Shown: positions 26,526-37,856, counted from the stretch's first letter. The stretch: 64,000 bases of DNA from an uncultured Pseudomonadota bacterium (GCA_902597385.1 CACJXQ010000002.1:20413-84412); one strand, 5' to 3'. A program made the numbers and translations. The notes: a model not told the origin generated them from the sequence alone.

Positions 26526-27647
26526 ATGAAGAATGCTAAAGCGATAATTTTACCGAGTGCTCATTATGAGTCAGATTGTTTAAGAGGGGTGATTTCCCAG
26601 GACTCAGCTCAGCTCGCTACCTTGAAATACCTTGATGGGCTTTGTAAAAATTTAGAGGAAGATAAGCGTAATAGAAAAAAAAGCATTTGGCGCTCTCTTT
26701 TTTTTAGAAAAAAACAATATTGGCACTCTGAGAGAGGTCTTTATTTATGGGGTGGAGTGGGCAGGGGTAAAAGTTATTTGATGAAAATTTTCTATAGCTC
26801 GATAACTTGTACTTCAAAAAAGAGGTTGCACTTCCACGAGTTTATGCAAAGTGTTCATAACGAATTGGCTGATTCTTCAGAACACTTGGATCCTCTTTCT
26901 GTAGTGGCAGACAAATGGGCAAGTGAAGTGAGAGTGATTTGTCTAGACGAGTTCCAAGTGTCTGACATTACCGACGCTATGTTGCTTGCGAGGTTGCTCG
27001 AAAATTTGTTCCTCAAAGGAGTCACAATTGTCGCTACGTCGAATGATAGCCCCGATTCTCTTTACGGTCAGGGTTTGCAAAGGGAGCGTTTTCTGCCTGC
27101 GATAGAATTGATAAAAAAATACAGTTTTGTTCTGGAAATGGAGGGAGATACTGACTATAGATTGCGTGCTTTAGAGAGCGCTGCCGTGTATTACCTTAGC
27201 CTGCAATCGTCGTCTATGAAAGCCTTTTCTGAGCTTTTTGAAGTAATGGCCGGCGGTCAGTTGGAGTCTGAGAAGGAGATTTTTCTTTCTGGACGGGGAG
27301 TGAAAGTTAAGAGGTTGGCTGGTGGCCAGATTTGGCTGGATTTTGAACAGCTTTGTGTAGAGAATCGATCCTCCAAAGACTATATTCAATTAGGCAATCT
27401 TTACCACACTATTTTTTTGGAAAATGTCCCAATCTTACTGCAGGAAGACGATGATGCCGCTAGGCGGTTTATTAATTTGATTGACGAGCTGTACGATAGA
27501 CAGGTTAATTTGGTGGTGTCGGCAGCAGCTCTTCCTGACGAACTGTATAAAGGGAAAAGACTGGCAAAGGCTTTCCTGAGGACTTCAAGCAGATTAATGG
27601 AGATGAAAAGTAAAGAATATCTAGCTAAACCTCATGTGTCCAGCTGA
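26526..27647 (+). CDS. zapE: cell division protein ZapE (AFG1-like ATPase)
   Basis: 373 aa. Walker A is GGVGRGKSYLM and Walker B is VICLDEFQVSD. The layout is typical of ZapE/AFG1. Confidence 0.85.
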   Translation: MKNAKAIILPSAHYESDCLRGVISQDSAQLATLKYLDGLCKNLEEDKRNRKKSIWRSLFFRKKQYWHSERGLYLWGGVGRGKSYLMKIFYSSITCTSKKRLHFHEFMQSVHNELADSSEHLDPLSVVADKWASEVRVICLDEFQVSDITDAMLLARLLENLFLKGVTIVATSNDSPDSLYGQGLQRERFLPAIELIKKYSFVLEMEGDTDYRLRALESAAVYYLSLQSSSMKAFSELFEVMAGGQLESEKEIFLSGRGVKVKRLAGGQIWLDFEQLCVENRSSKDYIQLGNLYHTIFLENVPILLQEDDDAARRFINLIDELYDRQVNLVVSAAALPDELYKGKRLAKAFLRTSSRLMEMKSKEYLAKPHVSS

Positions 27648-27661
27648 AGGCTAACAGGTAT

Positions 27662-29005
27662 CTAGTAGGATGCTTTTTTGTTTTTCCAAATTATTTCTGG
27701 AATGTAGAGAGAGGCGTAGAGGGTCACAACGCCGTTTAGAATACCTACAGACGCAAATATATAATGTGTCGCAATTTCAAAATGAAAAAGTGCAATAGTG
27801 AAGAGCGAGGAAACAACCATAAAGAAGGCATTCATGATGTTTAATGCGGCCATCGTCCTAGCTCTATGAGTTCTGTCTATTCTATTTTGTAGCGCAGCGT
27901 ATAAGGGGATTACGTAGAGAGCTCCTGCGACTCCCAGTATAATCATATCGATAAAAAATCGATCGAAGCATTGTATTACGAAAAATGGGAATGTATTACA
28001 TTGCTGGGTAATTGAACTCCTTTCTCCCAGCAAATAAACTTCTATCGAGACAATTGAAATCAAGGTGATCGCGATACTGACTAGACCCAAATCTATAGTC
28101 TGTCGGGAAATTTTTTCGCATATAACCGAACCTATTCCTACCCCAATTGCTAGTGCTAAGGTCAAGAGACTTACGTTTGCCGCGGTGGCATCTAAGAGTT
28201 CTTTGCCATAAATTGGTATCAGAGTGAAGTAGGCGGAACCCATAAACCAGAAAAGAGAAATTAATATTATTATCGTTCCAGTCTCATTTCTTACTAAGTT
28301 GTTTTGGATAAGGTTCCATCCCGATACTAGAGGATTGAGTGTTATTTTAAGATCAGCCGCATTCGCTGCAGCTCCAGGGATGAAATGGGCGGAAAATCGC
28401 CCAGCACAGGCGATAATACACATTGCAATCAAAAGGTTTAAATCTTTTTCTTGTGAAGTTCCTATCATCATACCGCCGAGAAAACCACCTATAATAATGG
28501 CAGCGTACGTTCCTGCCTGTATTAGTCCATTGGCTCCCGTGAGATCATCTGCTTTTAAGTGTTGAGGTAACAAACTGTATTTTATTGGGCCAAAAAAAGT
28601 TGATTGGGTTCCCATCAGGAACAAAATAATAAGGAGCGCCGGGAAACTTTGAAAATAGAAACCAATACCGGCTAATAGGGCTAGGATAATTTCTATATTT
28701 TTAAGGGTCCTAACAATCCTAGATTTCTCGTACTTGTCTGCGATTTGTCCCGCTATTCCAGAAATTAGAAAAAACGGCAAAATGAATATTGCAGTAGTAA
28801 CAGCTACTAGAGGTTTGGTATCCACAGCAGTAGATTCTGGTATCTTGAAAGTCACAAACACAATGATCGCGAATCTAAAAACATTGTCGTTTAGCGCTCC
28901 GAAAAATTGGGTTGCGAACAGGGGGACGAACCGCCGTTTCGTTAAAAGTCTTAACTGGCTCATATCTTTTTGATTAGGCGACCTGTTCCTTAAAGTTGTA
29001 AACAT
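27662..29005 (-). CDS. MFS transporter (LplT-like)
   Basis: 447 aa with about 12 hydrophobic segments. The N-terminus is KRRFVPLFATQFFGALNDNVFRFA. The start is uncertain (ATG 29005 or ATG 28963). Confidence 0.75.
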   Translation of the reverse strand: MFTTLRNRSPNQKDMSQLRLLTKRRFVPLFATQFFGALNDNVFRFAIIVFVTFKIPESTAVDTKPLVAVTTAIFILPFFLISGIAGQIADKYEKSRIVRTLKNIEIILALLAGIGFYFQSFPALLIILFLMGTQSTFFGPIKYSLLPQHLKADDLTGANGLIQAGTYAAIIIGGFLGGMMIGTSQEKDLNLLIAMCIIACAGRFSAHFIPGAAANAADLKITLNPLVSGWNLIQNNLVRNETGTIIILISLFWFMGSAYFTLIPIYGKELLDATAANVSLLTLALAIGVGIGSVICEKISRQTIDLGLVSIAITLISIVSIEVYLLGERSSITQQCNTFPFFVIQCFDRFFIDMIILGVAGALYVIPLYAALQNRIDRTHRARTMAALNIMNAFFMVVSSLFTIALFHFEIATHYIFASVGILNGVVTLYASLYIPEIIWKNKKASY

Positions 29006-29029
29006 ACCACAAAATGGTATGTTTACAAC
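28995..29029. repeat. perfect 15-bp inverted repeat with 5-nt spacer spanning the MFS start codon
   Basis: GTTGTAAACATACCA-CAAAA-TGGTATGTTTACAAC, read directly. The ATG at 29003-29005 (minus strand) lies inside one arm. Confidence 0.9.
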
Positions 29030-29114
29030 GAATAGGCGTGCTGGGACTTTATAATCCGGCGGATATTATCTGATAAAAAACTTACGTGGGTTTTTATCTA
29101 GGAAGACTAGTATT

Positions 29115-29585
29115 TTAAAATGGGATGTCATCCTCAATAAATGTATTGCTACCAGTGCTTCCTCCGGAGGAGGATACTTCTCGAGGCTTATCAGAGCTTG
29201 AATGAGTGTCCACGGGGGGCTTAAAGCTTTCATCTGTATCGCTTTTTCTGCCTCCCCCAAGCATTTGCATGTCGTTGCCAACAATTTCAGTAGTGTATCT
29301 ATCGTTTCCATCCCGATCTTGCCATTTACGGGTCTGAAGCCGGCCTTCTATATATATCTGAGAACCTTTCCTCAAGTACTGCTCTGCAACTTCGGCCACG
29401 CGTCCGAAAAAAACTACTCTATGCCACTCTGTTTTATCTCTTGTTTCCCCAGAATCTCGATCTTTCCAAGATTCAGCGGTGGCCAGGCTAAGGGTGGCTA
29501 CCGCCATTCCACTATTAGTGTGCCGAATTTCCGGGTCATTCCCAAGATTTCCTATCAACATCACTTTGTTCAATCCCCTTGCCAT
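29115..29585 (-). CDS. ssb: single-stranded DNA-binding protein
   Basis: 156 aa. [21 protein letters not shown]...[10 protein letters not shown]. It has a Gly/Ser-rich linker and an acidic tail ending DDIPF. Confidence 0.97.
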   Translation of the reverse strand: MARGLNKVMLIGNLGNDPEIRHTNSGMAVATLSLATAESWKDRDSGETRDKTEWHRVVFFGRVAEVAEQYLRKGSQIYIEGRLQTRKWQDRDGNDRYTTEIVGNDMQMLGGGRKSDTDESFKPPVDTHSSSDKPREVSSSGGSTGSNTFIEDDIPF

Positions 29586-29963
29586 TTCAAAAATCCTCCC
29601 ACTTTAAAGTATTAGAAAATAGTGCATGAAAGCAGCATTTTCTAGTATTTTTTGGCGCCGCCTCAGTAGCTTAAGTGTTGAGGATAACGCGACAACAGCT
29701 GACGTTACAAGGTGCTTGGTTAAATCAACTTAAATAATAGGGTATTAAGGATACTTACTGCATGGCAGGTCACTATCTTCCATACTATTAATACGGTTTT
29801 CGCTTATTTTCGTTTCCTCTGCCGGAACTACCAAAGTCTATTACTCATAAAACTAAGAAATTATAGTTCGCCAATTTGTTAAGGAAACCTTAAAATATGC
29901 AGTGCTGTTGAGTTTGTCGTCGTCTCGCGATTTTTAGCTTTAAAAAAACTTCAGGAACCTTAT

Positions 29964-32780
29964 TTGGAAAACATACGTTTACGTGGGGTTAGAACCCATA
30001 ATTTAAAGAACATAGATGTAGATATTCCCAGAGGTGAGCTTACTGTGATTACTGGATTATCCGGCTCAGGAAAGTCATCTCTAGCCTTTGATACGATTTA
30101 TGCCGAAGGGCAGCGGCGATATGTTGAATCTCTTTCGTCTTACGCAAGACAATTTCTATCGGTGATGAATAAGCCAGAGTTTGACCTTATCGAAGGACTT
30201 TCACCCGCAATATCTATAGAGCAAAAATCGACCTCGCATAATCCAAGATCCACTGTGGGAACTGTAACAGAGATATATGATTATTTGAGACTACTCTTTT
30301 CGAGGGTTGGGGAACCGCGTTGTCCTGATCATGGCACTGTACTCAAAGCACAGTCTGTTAGTGAAATGGTGGATAGAATTCTCTCGCTCCCTTTAGGAAG
30401 CAAATGGATGTTGCTTGCTCCTGTAGTGAGAGATAAAAAGGGAGAGCATCATCAACTATTTGTAAAACTGCGCAGTCTTGGATTTGCGAGGGTGGTTGTA
30501 GACGGAGAAGTCTTTGTTTTAGATGATCCACCTAAATTGGCTTTGAGGAAGAAGCATAATATAGACGTGGTGGTCGACCGATTCAGCGTTAGAGAGGATA
30601 TAGGATTAAGATTGGCAGAATCTTTAGAAACCGCGTTGGATCTGGGTGAAGGTGTTGTCGGAGTAAAAAGCGTAGCAGGAGAAGCGGATGATTTAGTTTT
30701 TTCATCGCTTTTTGCATGTCCGACTTGTGGTTACAGCTTAACTGATTTAGAGCCGAGGCTTTTTTCTTTTAACAATCCAAGTGGTGCGTGCGCAGCCTGT
30801 GATGGTCTTGGCTTTCTGCAGTACTTTGATGAAGATTTATTAGTTCAAAACTCGGAACTGAGCCTTGCTTCGGGGGCCATCAGAGGTTGGGACAGAGGAA
30901 ATTCCTACTATTTTCTTTTGATCGAATCCCTCGCCAATCACTACAAATTTTCTGTCGATACTAGTTTTAATGAGCTTGATAGCGCTATTAAGGAGATAAT
31001 ATTATTTGGTAGTGGTACTGAAGAAATAAAGTTTAGTTATCTAGGGGCAAATGGCAAGAAATATTCAAAGTCTCATAGCTTCGAGGGAGTAATACCGAGC
31101 ATGATGCGAAGGTATAAACAATCAGACTCACAACCTGTGAAAGACGAATTAGCAAGGTTCATGAGCTCTAAGCCCTGTAAGGAGTGCGAGGGTAGTCGGT
31201 TAAATCGCGCGGCAAGGAACGTTTATTTTTTCGACCACAATATAAGCAGTATCACAGCTCTTCCGATAGGCGAAGCATTAAGTTTTTTTTCCGAGCCTTG
31301 CACTTTGAACTCCAATCGCGAAGTTGCTGTAAAAATAATTGCAGAGATCCGGCAAAGGTTAGAGTTTATGGTAAATATTGGATTAGATTACCTTACTTTA
31401 GAACGAAGCGCGGGCACGCTATCTGGCGGAGAAGCACAACGAATACGGTTAGCCAGTCAGATAGGTGCAGGTTTGGTGGGTGTCATGTATGTTTTAGATG
31501 AACCTTCGATTGGATTGCACCAACGGGACAACCAGCGTCTTTTGAGTACCTTGTTCAGGTTAAGAGATCTCGGTAACACCGTGATCGTTGTGGAACATGA
31601 CGAGGAGGCTATTAGATCTGCAGATCATGTTATTGATATGGGGCAGGGGGCCGGTGTTAATGGAGGTGAAATTGTGGCCTTTGGCACACCAGACGCAATT
31701 AAGCGGTCTAATGACTCTTTAACTGGCCAGTATCTTTCAGGAACCAGACAAATACTTCCTCCAGGAAGCCGCGAGTCGGTGCTCGATAAAGATTCAGTTC
31801 GCATATTAGGGGCAACAGGTAATAATTTAAGGTCAGTGGATTTGACCATCCCACTTGGGGTGTTTACTTGTATCACCGGGGTATCCGGATCAGGAAAGTC
31901 TACCCTAATTAATGATACATTATACGCGATAGCAGCCCGAGAATTAAATGGTGCCTCTATTAAATCAGCAGAGTTCGATGAATTTGAAGGTTTTGAGAAT
32001 CTAGACAAGGTAGTAAATATAGATCAAAGTCCGATAGGTAGAACGCCGCGCTCCAATCCCGCTACTTACACGGGTCTTTTTGGGCCAATTAGAGAAATTT
32101 TTTCTGCTACTCCAGAAGCCAGGTCAAGGGGATATCAACCCGGGAGGTTCAGTTTTAATGTAAAAGGAGGGCGTTGTGAATCGTGCCAAGGCGATGGATT
32201 AGTCAAAGTTGAGATGCACTTTCTTCCAGATGTCTATGTTGAATGTGATAGTTGTAAAGGGGCAAGGTATAATAGAGAAACCTTAGACATACTCTACAAA
32301 GGGCTCTCCATAAGCGACGTTTTAAACATGACAATAGAGGAGGCCCATCAAGCTTTCCAGGCTATTCCAAGCATCAGTCGAAAAACCGCTACTTTAATGG
32401 AAGTAGGGTTGTCGTACTTGAAGCTTGGGCAGAGCGCAACGACACTTTCTGGAGGAGAAGCCCAACGTGTGAAACTGGCGAGAGAGCTATCTCGACGTGC
32501 CACCGGTAAGACACTCTATATTTTGGACGAACCGACAACTGGCTTGCACTTCTACGACATTGAACAATTGCTTGGTGTCCTTCACAGGCTCAAGCAAAAG
32601 GGTAATACCGTAGTGGTTATAGAGCACAACCTTGATGTGGTAAAAACAGCTGATTGGATTATTGATTTAGGACCGGAAGGGGGGGCAAAAGGTGGGCGGA
32701 TCGTTGCTATGGGAACCCCGGAAGACATTGCTAAAATAAACTGTCACACTGGGCAATATCTAAAAGATGTTATATCTTGA
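29964..32780 (+). CDS. uvrA: excinuclease ABC subunit A
   Basis: 938 aa with a TTG start. [36 protein letters not shown], two ABC modules (LSGGEAQR twice) and zinc-finger Cys clusters. It is divergent from ssb, as in many Gammaproteobacteria. Confidence 0.97.
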   Translation: MENIRLRGVRTHNLKNIDVDIPRGELTVITGLSGSGKSSLAFDTIYAEGQRRYVESLSSYARQFLSVMNKPEFDLIEGLSPAISIEQKSTSHNPRSTVGTVTEIYDYLRLLFSRVGEPRCPDHGTVLKAQSVSEMVDRILSLPLGSKWMLLAPVVRDKKGEHHQLFVKLRSLGFARVVVDGEVFVLDDPPKLALRKKHNIDVVVDRFSVREDIGLRLAESLETALDLGEGVVGVKSVAGEADDLVFSSLFACPTCGYSLTDLEPRLFSFNNPSGACAACDGLGFLQYFDEDLLVQNSELSLASGAIRGWDRGNSYYFLLIESLANHYKFSVDTSFNELDSAIKEIILFGSGTEEIKFSYLGANGKKYSKSHSFEGVIPSMMRRYKQSDSQPVKDELARFMSSKPCKECEGSRLNRAARNVYFFDHNISSITALPIGEALSFFSEPCTLNSNREVAVKIIAEIRQRLEFMVNIGLDYLTLERSAGTLSGGEAQRIRLASQIGAGLVGVMYVLDEPSIGLHQRDNQRLLSTLFRLRDLGNTVIVVEHDEEAIRSADHVIDMGQGAGVNGGEIVAFGTPDAIKRSNDSLTGQYLSGTRQILPPGSRESVLDKDSVRILGATGNNLRSVDLTIPLGVFTCITGVSGSGKSTLINDTLYAIAARELNGASIKSAEFDEFEGFENLDKVVNIDQSPIGRTPRSNPATYTGLFGPIREIFSATPEARSRGYQPGRFSFNVKGGRCESCQGDGLVKVEMHFLPDVYVECDSCKGARYNRETLDILYKGLSISDVLNMTIEEAHQAFQAIPSISRKTATLMEVGLSYLKLGQSATTLSGGEAQRVKLARELSRRATGKTLYILDEPTTGLHFYDIEQLLGVLHRLKQKGNTVVVIEHNLDVVKTADWIIDLGPEGGAKGGRIVAMGTPEDIAKINCHTGQYLKDVIS

Positions 32781-32937
32781 TGGAATTCTTTAATTAGTTT
32801 AAACCAAAATTCGTTGCTACGTTTGCCATACACTCCGGGATAGCTTCTGATTCACACAAGGCGACTTTGAGAAAAAAAGAGGTTTTTGTTCCCTAAAAAT
32901 TATACGATAGCCACCAAAATAACTAAAAGGTGAATAG

Positions 32938-33876
32938 ATGAGAGCGATTATTTGCGGATCTTTTGCGTATGACAATATTATGGTTTTTGGAGATAAGTTC
33001 GGGAACCACATATTGCCTGATAAGATAAATATGTTGAATGTTTCTTTTTTGGTACCTCATCTACGGAAAGAATTCGGAGGCTGTGCCGGAAATATTGCCT
33101 ACAATTTAAAAAAAATTGGTGGAGAGCCGATTCCAGTGGGCACTGTAGGAGAGGATTTTGACCCATATAGGAAATGGATGATTGAACTCGAAGTGAATAA
33201 TGAACACGTAACTGAAATACCGACGACCTACACTGCCCAAGCGTTCATCACTACCGACACAGATAATAACCAAATCACCGCCTTTCATCCTGGAGCCATG
33301 GATTTCTCCAATACAAACGACTTGAGAAGCACGGGCGATGCTGACATTGGAATTATTTCTCCAGATGGTAAAGAGGGAATGCTGAATCATGCGAGGCAAT
33401 TGGCTGATTTGAAGATACCTTTTATATTTGATCCTGGACAAGGTATGCCAATGTTCAATGGGGACGAACTCTCTCAGCTCATCAAACTTGCTAATTGGGT
33501 GAGTGTGAATGAATATGAGGCTGAGGTAATGGAGAAAAAAACTGAGATGAATTCAAGTGAAATATGCAAACTTGTGGAGGCATATATTGTTACCAAAGGC
33601 GCTCGAGGGTCTACGATATATTCTTCAGAAGGTTCGCTAGAAATACCGCCAGTTAAAGGTGCTAAAGTCGTTGATCCAACTGGCTGTGGAGATGCTTATC
33701 GTGCCGGTCTGCTTTATGGTTTATGCAATAACTTTGACCCATTAAAATTTGGTCGGCTATCCTCGGTTTTAGGGGCCATTAAGGTAGCTTCCAAAGGCAC
33801 CCAAAACCACTCTTTGTCTAGAGATTCAGTGGAGGATCTTTACAAAGAGTCCTTTGGAGAAAAGCTTCTCTGGTGA
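32938..33876 (+). CDS. PfkB-family carbohydrate/nucleoside kinase
   Basis: 312 aa. GGCAGNIAYNL lies near the N-terminus, and the C-terminal DPTGCGDAYRAG motif is present. Confidence 0.85.
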   Translation: MRAIICGSFAYDNIMVFGDKFGNHILPDKINMLNVSFLVPHLRKEFGGCAGNIAYNLKKIGGEPIPVGTVGEDFDPYRKWMIELEVNNEHVTEIPTTYTAQAFITTDTDNNQITAFHPGAMDFSNTNDLRSTGDADIGIISPDGKEGMLNHARQLADLKIPFIFDPGQGMPMFNGDELSQLIKLANWVSVNEYEAEVMEKKTEMNSSEICKLVEAYIVTKGARGSTIYSSEGSLEIPPVKGAKVVDPTGCGDAYRAGLLYGLCNNFDPLKFGRLSSVLGAIKVASKGTQNHSLSRDSVEDLYKESFGEKLLW

Positions 33877-33915
33877 CCATTATAACTAACAGCAGGTAGA
33901 TATTAGCTGTTTTCA

Positions 33916-34731
33916 ATGATTGATTTTCCTCAAATTAATCCAGTTGCACTTGAGGTTGGGCCATTAAAGCTGCACTGGTACGGAATTTCCTACTTGGTCG
34001 GGATAGGCTTGGGTTGGTTGTATCTTCGTTATTACGTAAGTAATTATTTTTCTAGTTGGCAAAGAAATACGATTGATGATCTGGTCTTCTACTGCTCTAT
34101 TGGGGCTGTCGTAGGAGGCAGGATTGGCTATGTCTTATTTTATGACCTGCATTCTTTTGTCCGTGATCCATTTATTATATTTGCGATTTGGAAGGGTGGT
34201 ATGTCCTTCCATGGAGGAGTGATAGGTGTTTTGATAGCAGTACTTTTTTTAGGCATCCGGACGAATAGAACAATTTTTGAGGTAAGCGACTTTCTAGTAC
34301 CTGCGGTACCGATAGGACTGTTTTTCGGAAGATTAGCGAACTTCGTTAATCAAGAGTTATGGGGTACACCATCTGGGGTGCCCTGGGCGGTCGTTTTCTC
34401 CATCCCCACGTCTGGAGGTTTGCCTCGACATCCATCTCAGCTTTATGAGGCCTTTTTGGAGGGGATCATTATTTTTTCCTTTCTCAATTTTCTTATCAGA
34501 AGGCGGCCTCGAGTTGGAGTGACTACTGCCGCATTCTTGATACTTTACGGTATCTTCAGATTCTTTGTTGAATTTTTTCGGGCTCCCGATATTCATATAG
34601 GATATATTAATGGGGAGTGGTTTACGATGGGTCAATTACTGTCCCTACCAATGCTAGTAGGGGGTGTAATTATCTGGTTTTGGGCAGCAACTAGCATCAG
34701 GATAAAACAAAAAAACGAACAAGAGAAATGA
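33916..34731 (+). CDS. lgt: phosphatidylglycerol-prolipoprotein diacylglyceryl transferase
   Basis: 271 aa. [11 protein letters not shown]...[10 protein letters not shown]...[11 protein letters not shown]...[13 protein letters not shown]...RHPSQLYEA is canonical Lgt. Confidence 0.95.
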   Translation: MIDFPQINPVALEVGPLKLHWYGISYLVGIGLGWLYLRYYVSNYFSSWQRNTIDDLVFYCSIGAVVGGRIGYVLFYDLHSFVRDPFIIFAIWKGGMSFHGGVIGVLIAVLFLGIRTNRTIFEVSDFLVPAVPIGLFFGRLANFVNQELWGTPSGVPWAVVFSIPTSGGLPRHPSQLYEAFLEGIIIFSFLNFLIRRRPRVGVTTAAFLILYGIFRFFVEFFRAPDIHIGYINGEWFTMGQLLSLPMLVGGVIIWFWAATSIRIKQKNEQEK

Positions 34732-35522
34732 AAGAATATTTAGATTTACTTGGTTACGTTAGGGCGAATGGAATAAAAAAAGACGATCGGACCGGGACCG
34801 GAACTTTGAGCAGTTTTGGCCATCAGCTGCGTTTTGACTTGAGTCAAGGCCTGCCCTTAGTAACAACTAAAAAAATACATTTTAAATCTGTTTTACATGA
34901 ATTGCTTTGGTTTTTAAGTGGAAGCTCCAATATCGATTACCTTAAGGACAAAGGAGTTTCTATTTGGGATGAATGGGCAGATTCGGATGGCGAACTTGGA
35001 CCTGTCTACGGGGTGCAATGGAGGTCTTGGTCTGGAATCGAGGGTTCAAAGTTTGATCAAATTAGTGAGGTTGTAAAGCAAATTCAAGAGAATCCAGACT
35101 CAAGACGACTGATTGTCAGTGCATGGAACGTTGCTGAAATTCCTAAAATGGCATTGGCTCCTTGTCACGTCTTATTTCAATTTTATGTGGGAGATGGCAA
35201 GTTGTCTTGCCAATTATACCAAAGGAGTGCCGATATTTTTTTGGGACTTCCATTTAATATCGCCTCATATTCGTTACTTACAATGATGATAGCAAAGGTT
35301 TGCAATTTAAAACCTGGGAATTTTGTTCATAGTATCGGTGATGCCCATCTATATTTAAATCATTTAGAACAGGCGGATCTTCAACTATCTAGAAAACCTA
35401 AAGGGCTCCCGACAATAACTTTCAAATCTGAAGTAGAATCCATTTTTGACTTTGAATATGAGGATTTTGTTTTGGAAGGCTACGATCCTCATCCGTTGAT
35501 AAAAGCCCCTGTAGCTATCTAA
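34728..35522 (+). CDS. thyA: thymidylate synthase (ThyA)
   Basis: 264 aa. [14 protein letters not shown]-equivalent [30 protein letters not shown]. It overlaps lgt in an ATGA. Confidence 0.97.
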   Translation: MKEYLDLLGYVRANGIKKDDRTGTGTLSSFGHQLRFDLSQGLPLVTTKKIHFKSVLHELLWFLSGSSNIDYLKDKGVSIWDEWADSDGELGPVYGVQWRSWSGIEGSKFDQISEVVKQIQENPDSRRLIVSAWNVAEIPKMALAPCHVLFQFYVGDGKLSCQLYQRSADIFLGLPFNIASYSLLTMMIAKVCNLKPGNFVHSIGDAHLYLNHLEQADLQLSRKPKGLPTITFKSEVESIFDFEYEDFVLEGYDPHPLIKAPVAI

Positions 35523-35535
35523 CACCTAGAGAATT

Positions 35536-36042
35536 ATGTCCCACGTATTAAGCCTTATAGTAGCGTTTGATCAAAACAGAGTAATTGGAAAAGACGGAAC
35601 GTTACCTTGGAGCTTGCCTCGTGATTTGAGACGGTTTAAGGAGATATCTCTGGGGAAAACTGTAGTGATGGGCAGGAAAACTCATCAATCTATCGGTCGA
35701 ATGCTTCCTGGAAGAAAGAATGTTGTAATATCAAGTAATGCAAGTTTGGTGGATGCCAATTGTTTGTGTTTCACTAGTCTTCGTAAAGCTTTGAAGGTCT
35801 TAGAGGGTGACAAAGAGATTTTTATCATCGGGGGGGAGAGTATCTATCGAGAGTCTATTCCTTTGGCGGATAAGATTTATCTCACGGAAATTGATTGTTC
35901 GATAGAGGGAGGGGACGTTTACTTTCCAAAGCTAGATCTTCATGAATGGGATATAGAAATAAAGAAAAAATATTTGCCTGATTTGAAAAATAAATTCGGT
36001 ATGACTTTTAAGGTGCTGCACAGAAAAAAGATTAGCTGTTAG
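35536..36042 (+). CDS. folA: dihydrofolate reductase
   Basis: 168 aa. IVAFDQNRVIGKDGTLPW...DLRRFKEISLGKTVVMGRKT...IIGGESIY. Confidence 0.93.
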   Translation: MSHVLSLIVAFDQNRVIGKDGTLPWSLPRDLRRFKEISLGKTVVMGRKTHQSIGRMLPGRKNVVISSNASLVDANCLCFTSLRKALKVLEGDKEIFIIGGESIYRESIPLADKIYLTEIDCSIEGGDVYFPKLDLHEWDIEIKKKYLPDLKNKFGMTFKVLHRKKISC

Positions 36043-36883
36043 TCAAGAAATTCTTTTTCGACCTCGGTATCGTAGTGAAATATTTTAGGTCGTCAATTCT
36101 TAAAGCCGTGAGTGTTCCTTTCCATACTGCTCCGGTGTCGGTTGGGAAAACTCTGTGCTCTCTCTTATGCTCATCATTTAGCGTGAGGGACGACCAGTGG
36201 CCAAAAACGACAGAAACTTTGGTTTTCCTTCTAAAGGGAGCAGCGAACCATGGCACTAGGCTGGGAGGCGCATGTCTAGGGTGTTTTTTTTCCTTTAAAT
36301 CTAACGACTGATTTTGGTTGCAATACCTCATTCTAGTAAAACTATTTGTTATGAACCTAAGCCTTTCTATGCCAGTAAGTGTGTGTTTCCATTTCAAAGG
36401 ATTATCACCGTAAAGTTCCCTCAGAAAACTGTCAATTTCGGAATCATCTTTTAGTATTTTAGTAACTTCCTCTGAGTAAGTAAGTGCATCAGCTAAATCC
36501 CATGTTGGATAAATGCCAGCGTGAACCAGTGCAAAATTTAGTTTTTTGTCGTAATGAAGTAGAGGAAACGAGCGAAGCCAATCTACTAACTCGTCTTTTT
36601 CGTCAGATGATAAAATATCGTGCAGTGTATGTTTGTATTGGGAGAATATCTTAGGAACGCGGGAAAGAGCTATCAAATACAGGTCGTGGTTTCCCAAAAC
36701 GGAGAGGACCGATTGTCCCATGGCTTTAATTTCTCTCAAAGTTTCTAGGGAATTGGGACCTCTGTTGACTAGATCTCCCGTAAGCCAGATTTTATCTTCA
36801 GCTTTATCAAATTGAATAAGTTCAAGAAGTTCTAAAAACTCGTCCAGGCAGCCTTGAATATCTCCTATAGCGTAGGTTGCCAT
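36032..36883 (-). CDS. apaH: bis(5'-nucleosyl)-tetraphosphatase, symmetrical
   Basis: 283 aa. MATYAIGDIQGC...LTGDLVNRGP...LGNHD...VHAGI is the calcineurin-like phosphoesterase signature of ApaH. The 3' end overlaps folA by 11 nt (convergent). Confidence 0.92.
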   Translation of the reverse strand: MATYAIGDIQGCLDEFLELLELIQFDKAEDKIWLTGDLVNRGPNSLETLREIKAMGQSVLSVLGNHDLYLIALSRVPKIFSQYKHTLHDILSSDEKDELVDWLRSFPLLHYDKKLNFALVHAGIYPTWDLADALTYSEEVTKILKDDSEIDSFLRELYGDNPLKWKHTLTGIERLRFITNSFTRMRYCNQNQSLDLKEKKHPRHAPPSLVPWFAAPFRRKTKVSVVFGHWSSLTLNDEHKREHRVFPTDTGAVWKGTLTALRIDDLKYFTTIPRSKKNFLTNS

Positions 36884-36947
36884 AATAAGTCCCTAACTAT
36901 TCTATCAAGCAAATACACTTAGCTAGTATCAGAAAATATTTGAAAAA

Positions 36948-37193
36948 CTAATGATTTTTTTCGAGTTGGGCAATTTTTTTCTCTAGGTTTTCTAACTTTT
37001 GTCGTGTTTTTTTGAGTATTGATTTTTGTAACTCGAAATCCTCTAAGGTGACAAGATCCATCTTCTTTAAGGCGGATGATAAAATTGGCTTCAGATTCTT
37101 TTTAATCTCACCTTTAAGTTCAGAGTCATGGGTGGGTATAGCAGCAGCGATAGCAGACGCAAGCTTTTCAATATTGTTTAAATTAAATGACAC
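36948..37193 (-). CDS. ubiK: ubiquinone biosynthesis accessory factor UbiK (YqiC/BMFP family)
   Basis: 81-aa coiled-coil protein. LKKMDLVTLEDFELQKSILKKTRQKLENLEKKIAQLE matches the YqiC family. Its position next to glnK-amtB is the same as in pseudomonads. Confidence 0.7.
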   Translation of the reverse strand: MSFNLNNIEKLASAIAAAIPTHDSELKGEIKKNLKPILSSALKKMDLVTLEDFELQKSILKKTRQKLENLEKKIAQLEKNH

Positions 37194-37360
37194 GCCGGCC
37201 TCCGGTAAAAGTGTTTAGAAAGTAAAGTGTGCCCTAAAACTGTGCGGCAGTCTTGAAAAGAAGAGCGGCGACGGTGCAGTTAAAAGGGTCAAAAAAATCA
37301 AGACGGAAATAGTTTGCCAGAAAACTGTCTCAAAACCAATTTAACCGACGGTTCAGGATT

Positions 37361-37376
37361 TGGCACGACTAATGCT
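37361..37376 (+). promoter_or_regulatory. sigma-54 (-24/-12) promoter upstream of glnK-amtB unit 1
   Basis: TGGCACGACTAATGCT matches TGGCACG-N4-TTGCW, with GG and GC at the canonical spacing. It lies 111 nt upstream of the glnK start. Confidence 0.75.
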
Positions 37377-37486
37377 TTGGTTTCAGTACGGGTCGCGTGA
37401 TTTGGCGTTCTGAAGCACAAACTAACGACCCATAGATGTGAAATTTAGCTTAGGAGAATTTGAATGTTTATTACAGAGGTGTATGA

Positions 37487-37825
<339 letters not shown>

Positions 37826-37856
37826 ATTTTAGCGAGAAATCAGGAGGATATATAAC

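Noticed and set aside
29066-29311. 81-aa minus-strand ORF overlapping the 3' part of ssb in another frame.
   Set aside because: It lies in an alternative frame of a canonical gene, with no RBS or homology.
29586-29963. Search for a LexA/SOS box, a tRNA, or 4.5S/6S-like RNA in the ssb-uvrA spacer.
   Set aside because: There is no CTGT-N8-ACAG on either strand and no conserved RNA signature. Only short palindromes are present (CTGCATGGCAG, TATTAATA). The absence is reported as a finding, not as a feature.
32817-33011. 64-aa minus-strand ORF in the uvrA-pfkB spacer.
   Set aside because: It overlaps the PfkB-kinase start region and has an implausible composition with no RBS.
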